Source of the DNA: the human T2T-CHM13v2.0 reference genome, Homo sapiens
Length of the DNA: 64,000 bases
Reading direction: 5' to 3' (one strand)
Assembly: GCF_009914755.1 (NCBI RefSeq)
Contig: NC_060927.1
Every line of letters begins with the position of its first letter. Positions within the stretch are counted from its first letter, which is position 1. The notes beneath the pieces are model-generated. The model did not search any database. It was not told the DNA's origin and saw nothing but the letters and a program-made list of their open reading frames with translations. A program made the position numbers and the translations under genes. Positions 11,020 through 26,226 of this stretch are shown one piece after another.

Positions 11020-11428
11020 TTTCATGCACGTCTGTGTGAAGAGACCACCAAACAGGCTTTGTGTGAGCAGTAAAGCTGTTTATTTCACCTGGGTGCAGGT
11101 GGGCTGAGTCCGAAAAGAGTCAGTGAAGGGAGACAGGGGTGGGGCCATTTTATAAGATTTGGGTAGGTAAAGGAAAATTATAGTCAAAGGGGGGGTTGTT
11201 CTCTGGCGGGCAGAGTGGGGGTCACAAGGTACTCAGTGGGGGAGCTTTTGAGCCAGGATGAGCCAGGAGAAGGAATTTCACAAGACAGTGTCATCAGTTA
11301 AGGCAGGAACAGGCCATTTTCACTTCTTTTGTGGTAGAATGTCAGCAGTTAAGGCAGGAACTGCCCATCTGGATGTGTACATGCAGGTCACAGGGGATAT
11401 GGCTTAGCTTGGGCTCAGAGGGCTGACA
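11020..11428 (-). promoter_or_regulatory. HERV-H 5' LTR (LTR7) promoter/enhancer
   Basis: Direct repeat of 5727-6139; TATAAAA box, CCCCACCCC KLF-type motif, ACAAAAGA (11325-11332). Confidence 0.93.
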
Positions 11429-12344
11429 GAGTGTAGTTTAGACACTTAGAAATGTCTTTGTTTAAAGAAAAACTTTTTAAATGCACTGTAAAAACATCAC
11501 ATGGTCTAGCCTCATAATTATTCTCCCTTTTTGGAGACCCAGGATTCAGTGTGGGCTCTGCCCACAGCTCAGAGACCCAGTTTTGTTTTTTTTTTTTAAA
11601 GGTAGTTTCTACCAAAATAAGATTGGTCTCCTTATACAATTCTTTGAAAAATTTCTATAATTTTATATTTGATTTGGCATCAATCTTAGTCTTCTTCTAG
11701 CACCACCAGACTTTTTCTCTGTGAATCTTGAGATGGAAATTTTGCCATCTGATTTTTCATCTAAGAGTTACTTCCTTCAATATACAGATTTAGCGCTATT
11801 TAGCTGACAACTGCCAGAGTAAGGAAACAGGTTATCAAGGGTTTGCAAGTCTAAGATAGGAAAAAAAAGGAAGTCTTAGAAATCTGTAAGATACGCTTCT
11901 ATTGGCATGTCTAATACATCTATGTATTTATGTGTTGTATACATGCGTCACTACTGAAAATATAGAAAGAGTTCTAATTAATTGGCTTAAGAAAATAAAA
12001 GCACTTGACTTGAATGGTTTATCAGGAAAAAAAGAAAAGACTAGTTAAATGCTTTTTCAAGTTTATGTAACTTAAGTAAAATCTTTAATAAATAAGCTAG
12101 CTTTAAAATTATTGGTAATGTTAGAAATGTCTTAAGAATTGCCAGCATACATTTTTGTTTGCATTTATTGATCAAGCAATTTCATACTTATCCCTTCCAA
12201 ATACTACAAGGTGTCAAAATGTGGCATGGGGTAACAAAACTATAAACCCAACCCCAAACAGAATGATTTTTGCTTATGTAATTTTTAAGAAATAAGACAC
12301 TGATACAGGTTTAATGAAAATAGCTGCATCTTAAATTTAGTAAG

Positions 12345-12590
12345 ATTACCATAACTTCTCATCCCATGGCTTTAGACAGTCTAGTCCACAGGCAGTAAGG
12401 AGGTTTGTTTTGGGAAACAACTGTTACCATCTTTGTTTCAAAGCTAAACTATAAACTAAGTTCCTCCTAAATTTAGTTTGGCCTATGCCCAGGAATGAAC
12501 AAGGACAGCTTGGAGGTTAAAAGCAAGACAGATTCAGCTAGGCCAAATCTTTTTCACTGCCTCAGTTATAATTTTGCAATGGCAGTTTCA
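12345..12590 (-). mobile_element. LTR8-like segment in inverted orientation inside the MER4 internal region
   Basis: Reverse strand TGAAACTGCCATTGCAAAATTATAACTGAGGCAGTGAAAAAGAT..AAGCTGTCCTTGTTCATTCCTGGGCATAGG resembles the LTR8 5' end. Confidence 0.65.
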
Positions 12591-12871
12591 TAACTTTAAA
12601 TTATGACTATCGTAGTTTTCATAAATAATCTAGGTAAACAATTAAAATAACAATTAGGTAAACGTAATGGGATAAACACTTGTAGACTAACTTTTCATAA
12701 TTTAGAATATAAAGTTATATTAAATTAAATAATAGATATTTCATTATTTGGGTATTTTCCAATAAATATATGTTGTTGGAAAACATTCTTGCTAAAAAAA
12801 ATAGTGTGTCCTCTGTCCTTTTTAAGAAAAGGCGAACAAGTTTGTCTAATTCAAAGCTTATTTAAAGGTTA

Positions 12872-13432
<561 letters not shown>

Positions 13433-16384
13433 TTAAAAAACCCAAAACTTTTATATGATCAAGTTGTTTATAATTAAAGGGAAATTATAATGCTCTTTCT
13501 AGAGATTTGGCTTGATGCAAAAAAAACCACTTATACACTAAGTTATTGATTAGAACAATGACATTTTCTTAAGAGGTTGATTCACTCTTAATAAATTATA
13601 AGAGATTTTAATTCTTTTTTTAACCCAAAGTTTAACTTTTGTTGCATCTTGCTGTTTCTCTCCCCTTTTAAAAGGTACATTTTCTTAAAGGTCTAAGGGA
13701 AATGTTTTCTTCCAACATAATATTCTGTGCACTGTGGAAGATATTTTCTTTTGCCTTTTGGTAACTTGTGTAATGGATTTTATGTTTTATCAAAATAATT
13801 AGTATGCCATTATTATTAACTTTGTTTTGCTTCCCAGGAAAAAACTGAAATTTAATTTTTTTAAAAAATTAAGTTTATTATATTCATGTATCTTCCTGTA
13901 TGTGCTTTTAAAGTCCTTGTGACATTGAGTTACAGGACTTTGACTCCTGGATCTAAAACGGCCACCAAGTCCGGCTAAATCTTAAACACTGACAGCCCTG
14001 TAATAGATGGCACATAAAATTAACTGCATTACTGAGACCCAGGGCCAGAAATTAAATCTATTCAGCTCTTCAAGGCCCAGGGACTATTTCAGTAGAGGTG
14101 GGCATGTGAGATTGTAAGGGCCAACTTTAAAAGATAAAAATAAGTTCAGTTTCTCTATAAATTAATCATTAATGTCAAAGGCACACTGATGCAAGACCAG
14201 CATATGGGCCCCTGTGTCAGATTAACAAGGTTTTCTTGAGGCATTAACTGATTCCTTAATAATGGTTATAAAGGTTATAAAAGGCTTCTGGAAGTTATAT
14301 CTTATGGTAAAGATTTAAATGTTATAGATTGTTTATACATTTTGAAAAACAAATTTAATTGGCTTCATACTGTTTTTATTAGGGCTTATTGTTTGGGAAA
14401 TTAAATCTCCTCTCTAAAAGAATAAAGGTTTTGCCTGTTTTTGAAATCTTTGAGTTATTACTTTGGTTAAAAGAATGACTTATTTTACAATGACTTGTGA
14501 TCCTATTTTGTGATATCAAGTGTTTTAAACCTTTGATATTTGACAAACTTTTCAAAATCAAATTATAAATTATGTCTTTTTCTGACTTAATTAATCCTCT
14601 AAGATATTAGTTTCCCTAAAGTCCAAAAATGACATAATTTTGACATTTAGTAGTACAAAAATTATATAGGAAGCATTATCAAATATAAAATGGTGTTTGG
14701 TTTTCTTTGTTAATTTGTATAAATACGTTGTTGATATGTATTCTAAAATTTTGGGACACTCCTGTAATTCTGATATGACTTTACCAGTAATAATGATAAT
14801 TGTTAAAATTATTGTCTGCCACAGAGGTAACAAATTTCCTTGTCAATTTTGTCTTTGACTATGGGTTCCCTAAAACTTTTTGTCATCCTTGGACAATGGT
14901 TGTGTTGTTTTGGTCCTCTTTGGAAGGTGGTTTTATAATCATCTATAAAACTATAACAGGTGCTCTCGAATGCAGGTTTCTGATAACTTTGGAGACTGTG
15001 ACATCAGAATAAAGGAAAAACTTTCAGGACTCATGCATAGAGTGCTAAAATGTTCATGAATATCAACCAGAACAGGAATTAACTGCATGGACTGAACTAA
15101 TCTTTTTGACTTTTTGCTTAAAATGTTGCTGATCATTTGTTTTGTTTTTCAGAGTCTTGAAATTTTTCTTCTGAGCTATTGACAGTTTTGGCAATTTAGT
15201 ATACTCTTATGAACAAAATTTGGAGCACATTTGTTTCTCTCTACCTGATTTCTCCAGAATTTGGAAACTATTTGTGAGTATTCTTAATTTATGGCAATCC
15301 AGTTATTTGCATAAGTGCAACAAGAATTTGTTTTCATTTGTAACAGGACACAATTGGAGAAATTTGTTATTTTACCAAGGCTTTGACTGGAATGGTGTGT
15401 TGTCCTTTAAGGAATCAAACTTGACTCATGGAACCAAAAAAGTCCTTGGGAAAACTGGCCTCATAGTTTACACAGTCCCTCTACAGGGTTTCTGACCTAT
15501 GGTAAGTAAAGAATGTCATTTTCAGAAAGGCCCAGGAGCCCCAAATTTATCTTGGAACCTCAAGAGGAGGGGAAATTCACCCAACTCATAGGTATTTGAT
15601 GGTACAAGTCCATGGTTGGGTTCAGCTTTAAAAGTCTTATCTGAGATTCCTTCTATAGTAAAAACTTCCATCAAAGCCAAATTTTAAAAACATATGTGAA
15701 AAATAATTATTCTTGCTGCACTTTATACAAATAATCTGACCAAATATAATAAAGCAAATCAGTCCTACCATGATTTGTCTTTAGTAAAAATGGAAAACTG
15801 GAGAGAGAAAAATTATGTTTCAAAAACTATTGTACACTTGTTGTTAGATTTGAGTCTTTCCTAATGTTTTTCAATTTTTATTATTTTCTACAGTTTGGGC
15901 TAAATTATAATTTTTCCTGGCTACAAGTTTTCAAAATAATATTTTTAATTTTTTTCTTCTTTCTTTTCCTTTTCCCCCCATTTTTGTCCTAATTTGAAAT
16001 CACTGAAAACAAAGCTGTGTTTTCTTAAAACCCTGTGAACTGAAGCCAGACACCTTAAACTTCAGAAGAAAATAACAGCAACCTATTTACATACATAAGC
16101 CACTTTCATATCTGCCTACTAATGTATGGACTTCAGAGTAATGTGACCTATATCAATTTTCCAGGATCCTTCTTTTGTTTGTTGTTGTTTTTCTCCTTTC
16201 CTCCCCCTCCTTTCTCTTCATAGGACATGAGACTTCACAATCTGCTAAAAATGAGCTTTCAGGAGCTACCCATCTAGAAATAAACTGTCCTAGCCATGAG
16301 AGATCAGATGAAACCTGAGACCAGAAACTAATTTCCTTCTAAAATGCTTTCTCCAAAAGATTTTTTAAAAGAAAAGAGGGGAAA

Positions 16385-16832
16385 TGTGACAGGAAAATCT
16401 TGGGGCCACGAAATTACTAAGCTAATGGAAAAAGTCAAGCTGGGAACTGCTCAGGGCAAATCTGCCTCCCTTTGTATTCAAAGTCATCCCTCTGCTCACT
16501 GAGATAAATGCATATCCGGTTGCCTCCTTTGGGAAATCTTATCAGAAACTCAAAATAATGCAATTATTTGCCTGTTGCCTACCTGTGACTTGGAAGCCCC
16601 CTCCCTGCTTCGGGTTGTCCTCATCTTTCTGGAGGGAATCAATGTACTTCTTACATATATTGATTGATGTCTCATGTCTTCCTAAAATATGTAAGACCAA
16701 GCTGTGCCCTGACCACCTTGGGCACATGTTGTCAGGACTTCCTGAGGCTGTGTTACAGGTGCACATCTTCAACCTTGGCAAAATAAACTTTATAAATTAA
16801 CTGAGACCTCTCTCAAATTTTGGGGTTTCACA
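16385..16832 (+). mobile_element. MER4A1 LTR (3' LTR of the MER4 provirus)
   Basis: tgtgacaggaaaatcttgggg..aagtcaagctgggaactgc..ggcaaaataaacttt..ggggtttcaca; directly follows the PPT. Confidence 0.88.
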
Positions 16833-16858
16833 GTCATAGAGGTAATAATTGATGGAGC

Positions 16859-17537
16859 TATAACTGCTTGAGGGGTTCTTCCTGCCCAATGCATAAAGAA
16901 AGACCATGGCATTGTGGTAGAGAAAGAGTTTAATAGGCACAAGGCCAGCCACACCACATGGGAGATGGAGTTCCTACTCAAATCATCTCATCAGAAGCTC
17001 ATAGGTTAGGCGACTTTCAAAGGCAGTTTGAGGGAAAAGGTGGGGGTGGCCAGGTAACAGGTGCTTGCTGCTGATTGGCTGGGTAGAGATAAAATCATAG
17101 GGAGTCTAAGTTGTCCTTCTGAATTGCTTTGCTTCTGGGCACAGGAGGGGGTTGGAGCCATGGATTTCAGACATACAAAAAAACCTGGAAAGATATCTCA
17201 AAAGGCCAATCTATAATAGTGGTTTTATTTTCAGGAATAATTGGGGAAGTTACATATCTTATAACCTCCGGAATAATGGCTGGCCTTCATTTATGTCTGT
17301 GCCTTAGCAGGACTCAGGCCCCTCTCCTCCCCCAAGTATGGAGGCCTCCCATTAGCTTTACAAAAGCAGTTGAGTTTTGGGCAAGGCCTATTATCATTTA
17401 CACTGTCGCCTAAATGTCTTCCAAAGTTAGCCCAGCAGCCCAGAAATAATTAAGGGAAAGGCAAGGGGTGGGGAGAGTTGGCTTAGCTTACTGTTATAAT
17501 TTTTCTCACTGATATAATTTTTGCAAAGACAGTTTCA
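16859..17537 (-). mobile_element. Second MER50/LTR8-like solo LTR
   Basis: Homologous to 3935-5296 without the MER41B; perfect TSD GAGC (16855-16858 / 17538-17541). Confidence 0.85.
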
Positions 17538-18408
17538 GAGCCAGTTCTCAAACCCAGGTCTGTCTGATTCAAGCTGTGTTCTAAACACCAATGTTCTAAC
17601 CATTTTATTTCTTTCTGAGCCTCAATTTCTTTACTGTAAAATGAGGCAGTGCAACAGATCATAGGACTTCACAAGTCTTTTTCAGCTCTGGAAGAATATG
17701 AATCCAACAGTGCAGATTGGAGTTTAGGATGGAGCTTGTCTTCCTTGCCTTCTGCTCTTTCTGATTCTCTCTGGAGAGAAAGGAGCTCTGTCTTCAAGTT
17801 GGAAGGATTGTCTTATGAAGGAGTGAGCTGGATCAGTCTCTGAGCCCTGAAGAAACAGATGCTAAATGAAAATTATATTCAGTTCCACAACAACTCTCTA
17901 ACATGCAAAACACTTAGTGTCCTATATGTATTGTGAGTCTAATAATTTTTAGGAGCAAATAAAGAGTTTAAAACTTGGGAAACTTACCACCAGGTGTAAT
18001 CTGAAGACATGCCTACATCTAACTTAGAGGCTAACTCTGATGTGGAGTTAAGCTGAATTTTTGAGGCTGCCATGGCCAATGAACCAAAAAATATGTATAT
18101 ATCTTAGAGTGGGAAGGACTTGAGAGATCACATTGCCCATCACCTTCATTTTATATATGAGTGAACTGAGGCCAAGAGAGGGTCAAGAGTTGTGTGGTGA
18201 CCCAGACATAGAATACTGCCCTGAGCTATTATAGCAACCCTGTGTAACAATTAGAAAATTTTAACTACAACAAGCTTAATGATCCATGGGTTTTCTTGAA
18301 GTGTATTTCACACAAAAGGAGGAATATCTGAAATCTGAACTGCAATACCACCAGCTTCCCCAAGAAGATTTAAGCAGTCTTTTCTGCCACACTGACTGGA
18401 TACACCTC

Positions 18409-18790
18409 TGATATGGTTTGGATTTGTTTCCCTGCCCAAATTGCAATTGAATTATAATCTCCAATGTTGGAGAAGGGGTCTGTTGGGAGGTGATGGGATC
18501 ATGGGGGTGGATTTCCCCCATGCTATTCTCATGATAGTGAGTGAGTTCTCATGACATTTGGTTTTCAGAAGAGTGTAGCACCTCCCCCTTGGCTGTCTTC
18601 CTCCTGTTCCATCCATGTAAGACATGCCTACTTCCCCTTCACCTTCTGCCATGATTGTAAGTTTCCTGAGGCCTCCCCAGCCATGGTTCTCGTATAGCCT
18701 CCAGACCCATGAGCCAATTAAACCTCTTTTTATTATAAATTACCCAGTCTCAAGTAGTTCTTTATAGCAACACAAGAACAGACTAATGCA
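18409..18790 (+). mobile_element. MST (MaLR) solo LTR, MSTA-like
   Basis: tgatatggtttgg...ccaattaaacctc...gactaatgca; TSD acctc/atctc. Confidence 0.88.
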
Positions 18791-21449
18791 ATCTCCCATT
18801 TGAGTGCTGTTCATCTCAGACATTATTTCAGATGGCACTATAGTTCTTTGCAATCTCAGCCTATGATGCTGTTATTATCTATACTTTTAAGAATATATTT
18901 AGCAGTGTTAAACTTGCTGAAGTTGCTCAGCTCCATCCAATAAAAGGATTGACCAAGAGCAAATTAGCATTTCATTAACTATTTTAAATATAATACTAAC
19001 TTATTGAGCAATGATGACAGGATGTCTCAGAAATGGTAATACATTGAATTGCCCTTCAAATTCAGATTCTCCCATGCTTATGAGAAAATTACAAAAGGGA
19101 GATGTGGGCTGAGAAAGCAAAGATATTTCATCTTCATCATAGAAGAGGCGTATCTTAAAAGCAATGAGAATGATTTGTTTGCATGGCAATTTTCAGAGTA
19201 GAGTTCCAGAAAAAAGTTGCAAAAGAGTCAGAATCACTCTCTCAAAGCCAGATTATGGGTAGACTCTTTTGAGATCCCATGCCAAGGACCTTGAGAGAAA
19301 CTGATGGTGGAAGGGACAGAATCAGGCCACTCTGGGAGTTTACCTGACTTGCAAGCTGACTGAATGTGGTGGCTGTCAGTTCAAACTGCATGGTCTAGAT
19401 GAATGTGAGAACTCAACTCATATGAGCTGGTAGAGCCAGAATACAAAGTTCCACCTGAGTTGTGGGGCATGAATCAGGAGCACCCAGGCAATGGTGATGT
19501 TGACTCAGGTACTTGCAACAACATGGTGACACAGTCCAGATGAACAGCTTGTTTGAGCAGGACCCCAGGACCAACTGGAGGGAAATAGGGTGGGCAGGAG
19601 AAAAAGGATCTAGTAACCCAAGAGGAGGAGAATGTCCAGACCCAGAGTGTGGAGGCCTAGTCACAGTGGCTAGTATATATAAACATTACAGACTCAGCAG
19701 GAAATTATGGTATCAAAGTGTGTTTATATTGACTGGGCAAGCATAGCTAGAAGCAAGTAAAGATTGTAGCTTGAGTGAGGGAGCATGCTGGAAAAGAGTT
19801 CACCTAGGCATAGTGAATAGCATGTCAAAGAAGGTGAATTATTCTAGATCTCCCCTGAAGGATGTGCCAGATCTCTAGGATTGACTCAGGAAAGAAGGGG
19901 AGCAGGGCCGTAATGCCTATACCACAACAAGGCCAGGAAGGTGGGGACTGGAGCTCATATTTTAAAGGTCTCTGCTCATCTGCAGTTGTATCATCATAGA
20001 AGGGCATGTGGTTAATCTCCAGCAGAGAGAGAATGTGAGTGCCATTCTTCTGACTTGATGTCTCTTTCCATCCTCCTTTTTTGGGTGACCTGTTAGATGC
20101 TCTGAGAAACTCACCTCTGCCAAAGTAAAAATGGCATCAATCAGGTCAATGTGTTGCCCTTGCTAGGTAACATATTTGTATGTAATAAGGACTTATCCAA
20201 GGTCACAGAAATGTAGTTTCTAACCCCAAGATCCGTATATTTTTCTGATGTAACTGTTGGGCTTTGATGCACAGCTGATAAGGAAAAAAATATATTGGGG
20301 GAATGGGCATGAGAATTTTCTGTATCAAGGATTTGTTGTCAATCAGTGGTACATTCTTTACAAAGGTTGTTCTGATTTAAAAAGTAGCCATCATAAACAC
20401 CTTTTACATTTTCTAAAACTTGAATATTTCTAAAGTATATGCAGTTCCATGATGACAACTTAGAGTACATTTTAGTATCTCCATGTTACTGATACAAAAT
20501 AAGGCTTTAGACAATAGAAGTCATTTGTCTACAGTTACGTCAGAAGAGTTTGAGCTAGGGCTTGCTCTTATGTCTTCGGAGTTCCAGACACTGGGCTTGG
20601 CACCATTCAATGCAGTCTCTCCATCCAGTGCTAGATGGAATGGATCTAAGGCTTTTAGGAATATCTATCTTTTGCCATCCATAAAGAGAAGCCCATTCTT
20701 GTTTTGGAATCCTGAAAACCCCAAGCCTCACATAAGAGCCATTACTGCTCCTGATTTCTTGCTTTCCTACTATGATGAAGCTGAAGGATTGCTTTCTCTT
20801 CAGCTGAAAGATTATCTCCCCTCTTCCATCCCCTTTCTGCCTTGGGTCTGAGGAGTACCATTGTCCTATAGATGTTAGACAGCTGTGGCCTTGCACCCTA
20901 GAGGGATCCAAACTTTCCAGTAAGTCTATTCACTGTAGACTGGAAATTGTGCTGAACAGCTCAGCAGGGAGCAAAGATATTATTATTATTTTCCACTGTC
21001 TGATTCGTGTAGCATTCATTAGATGATTATAGCTGTTGGGATTTGATGGATGGAGTAGTCTATCTTGTCACTATATTTCTGAGCTGGTCTGTAGCTACTC
21101 AATAATTACCACGCAGCAAAGTGGGGGCACGTTCAAGAATGCTAATGAATTATCAGTTTTCTTTAAGCCTCATTAGATTTCTTGATAGCAAAACCTCCCA
21201 TTGACAAGATCTCATCTAATATGATTTTCCAAAGTCCCTTATTGCTTGTCAGACACAAGACTATCTCTGCTTGCATGAAGTAGTTTTAAAACCACACTAA
21301 TTTCCTGCTATTACATTGTCCCAAGTATTTGTTTTTGTTACACTTTTTTTGTGTGTGCATCTGTGGTGTGTGTCTGTGTGTTGTGGAAGTGAGAGGGGGT
21401 AGACTGAGGTCTCTGGAGAAAGCAAAACAAACACAATACTGAATTATAG

Positions 21450-21731
<282 letters not shown>

Positions 21732-21829
21732 CTCGTTGGAAATTATTTTACACTTATCTTGCCTTTCATACCTAAATCTGCTTTTCTCTGATAGTAAATG
21801 GGAAAAGGAAAGCAATCCACTCAATTCTT

Positions 21830-22980
<1,151 letters not shown>

Positions 22981-23129
22981 GTGAATAAGTCTAGTACAAC
23001 TCCTTTCTTTTTAATGTGGAGAAACTGAGGCCCAAAACTGGAAGTGAATTGTCAAAAACTATAAAAAGGAAAGGCTTGGTCCCCTGATCCTGGTTTTATG
23101 ATCTTTCCAGCGTATCAAGCTGCATCTCA

Positions 23130-23342
23130 AAGTGGTTCTCAACTATGGGTGATTTTGCCCTTTAGGGACACTTAGCAATGTCTGGAGAGATTTTCAGTTT
23201 TTCCAACTGGGGAGGGGTTGTACTGGCATCTAGTTGGTAGAACACAGGGATGCTTCTAAACATTCCACAACGCACAGGACAATCCCCACGACAAAGAAGT
23301 ATCTACTGATAGTGTCAACAGGGCTGAGGTTGAAAACCCCTG
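23130..23342. mobile_element. MER20 DNA transposon (hAT-Charlie, non-autonomous)
   Basis: agtggttctcaa...gcaatgtctggagag...tactggcatctag...gaggttgaaaacccctg; TIR-like ends. Confidence 0.8.
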
Positions 23343-23347
23343 GTCTG

Positions 23348-23749
<402 letters not shown>

Positions 23750-24879
23750 TCAGTTTCCCTACATGAAGTGTGCAACGGCCTTCCATTCAGGGAGGATGCT
23801 GTCTTAGGCCACAAGGTTCATCTTTTCCCTCTCTAAAGTAAGCCCTCCAACAACTCATTGGCACAGGACATGCCACTAAGTTGACATTCAATTAATATCA
23901 GTTATGACATTTGTTAAAGAAACTAGTGGTGCAGACTTTTCTTTTTGCTCTTTTATATTCTACTAATCTTTTAAAGTTGTAAATTTCACCATTTCCAGAC
24001 AGCCTTTCTTGAGTTGCAGGCAGAGTTCATCTCCCTCTTACACCGTATTCTCTTAGCACTTAATTTATATTCGTTAAAATACCAATGCAAGCCCAAGAAT
24101 TCCTCATTTTCCCCTTACTCCTGCTCTCTGAGTTACTTGAGGACAGGCACGGAGTCTTGGCAGAGCACTGGGCACAGCGTGGGTGCCCACTACATCCTGG
24201 AGGGAGGACACATATCTGATAGGCTGCATATCTACTTAACGTGACAATAGAGAAAAACTTGCAAAATGAACACTATAAGACAAACGGAAAGATTTATCTC
24301 TTTCATAGCAGCCAAAGAAAGTTTGGAGGCAGCATGTTAATTGACATGTCTTTTTAGAATATTGCTTCTCTTTTGTGGGTAAACATAGGCATTCATTAGG
24401 CAGGCAAGTGGAGCCAGCTTTCCATCAAAGTGGGAACAGCTGGAATGAGTGATTATCTCTAACTTGGTGACGAGGGTCCCAGGAACAGAAGGAACAGTGT
24501 GGTCTCTGCAAATCCCTAAGCCAATGACAAGGATGGGGACAGGCATGCTGCAGGCTGTATTATCAGCACCCTAAACGGAGATAAGGAAAGCAAAGTATCA
24601 GCCTTACACTGCATTCCCGGGAAGCGCTGGCTTGCCTTAAGCCTGGCATGCTATTTCACTCAATGCAGCTGTAAACAAGCAAGCTTAGAAATGAATGATA
24701 GAGTTACTTTTAAAAATAAAATATGAAACAAAAGCATTCTTTTTTTTTTTTTCCACTGTGGGCAAAGCAATGGAAGTGCCTTCTCAAGAAAAGCAATTTA
24801 AATGGACCAATTCCTTCCATATCAGCCTAAATTACCTTTTTAAAACACAAGACACTGAACTCAGGAAAGCCTTTGGAAA

Positions 24880-25470
24880 TATTGGCTTGTCTCCCTTTAT
24901 GGATGAGGAGACTGAGATCTGGAGAGGAGAAAGGACTTGCCCAAAATCACATAGTTCACCAACAAAAAAGCTGGAATTTAGAACTGAGTTTCCTGCCTCC
25001 TGAGTCCACTATGTAGTATGTGATGTGGAGAGGGGAGAAAGTCAGTTGACCATAAATCTCAATACCTGGGCTCCAGAGCTCATTTTATCAAATGACAAAC
25101 TATGGGGCTTTTGGGAAGCCATTTGCTTTTGCTTCACCTTCCCCAGCCATGAAATAATAGGTTTAGACTAAATGAACTACAAGGTTCTTCCCAGTTCCAA
25201 AGTTGTATAATTATGACTTCAGTGTATCCTGATACTAATTTAATAATAAATAAATAAAAGTTATGGAGTGCATACTATATATCAAACAGTCTGATAACCA
25301 TATTTTTATGTAATATCTCATTTAATCTCTGCAATTCTGTAAAGTAGGCATGTTTACTTTACAGTAAACATGTGGGAAAGCTGGGACTCAGGTTAAGTAA
25401 CTGGCTCAGGATCACACAATTGGTATATGCTGACAGTGGAGTCTCAACATATACCTTTTCTGACTTCAGA
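24880..25470. mobile_element. Cluster of MIR fragments
   Basis: MIR cores at ~24895 (gatgaggagactgag..acttgcccaaaatcac), ~25140-25200 and ~25310-25470. Confidence 0.65.
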
Positions 25471-26226
25471 AATGGAAATTTTAAGGTTGACAAATGTTCA
25501 AATATGAGTTCTATCCACTTCTTCTGGAGACTGGGAACTCGCACCCTCTCCACAGAGATCACTCCCATTTGGAACATTCTGATTGGAGTAAAACTTGCCT
25601 CTCTGTAGCTTGTACCCATTGATCCAGTGATACTTTAAGACCACCAGAAGAAGTCTAACACATTCTATAAAGTAGTTCTTTAGGTAGGGGTGGATTGCTT
25701 ACATGACCATTATTCTGCACCTTCTCTAAGTTAAGGTTCCCAATTATCTCCCTGTTTCTCCATTTAGATCTGTGTAAACTCCCTCACTACCCAAGCAAAA
25801 TGCCTCTGCCCACACTCCAACATCTATAATGCTTTCAACTTAGAGCATGATTACTGATAAAATGCCCCATGATTGGAAAGAGTGTGGGAGTGAAGATGAT
25901 TTCAGGGCAAATTTGAGCAGAGAAACTTTTCTTTTGGGCCATAACAGTCACAGAGATCTAATTGCCTTCCCACCTTAATGTTTTAAAAAGAGCAAAATAA
26001 ACCTCAGAGAGCAAATGATAAAGATCAAAGTAGGGGTCAATGAAATAGATAACAGAAATACATAGAGAAAATGACTGATTTGAGAAGATTACAAAATATT
26101 GATATATCTCTAGTCGCGCTAATTAGGAAAAGAAAAAGAATACAGAAATGACCAATAAAGAATAAAAGAAAGGGCATCAATATAAATTCTATATACATTA
26201 AAATGATAAAAAATATTATGAGTAAC

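Larger units (their letters stand above)
5727..11428 (-). mobile_element. HERV-H provirus (LTR7-HERVH-int-LTR7), common ~5.7-kb deleted type
   Basis: Two LTR7s, tRNA-His PBS, PPT, gag/pro/pol/env remnants, perfect 5-bp TSD GAGTG (5722-5726 / 11429-11433). Confidence 0.97.

Noticed and set aside
25500-25880. Possible ancient L3/CR1 fragment
   Set aside because: Similarity too weak to support by eye.
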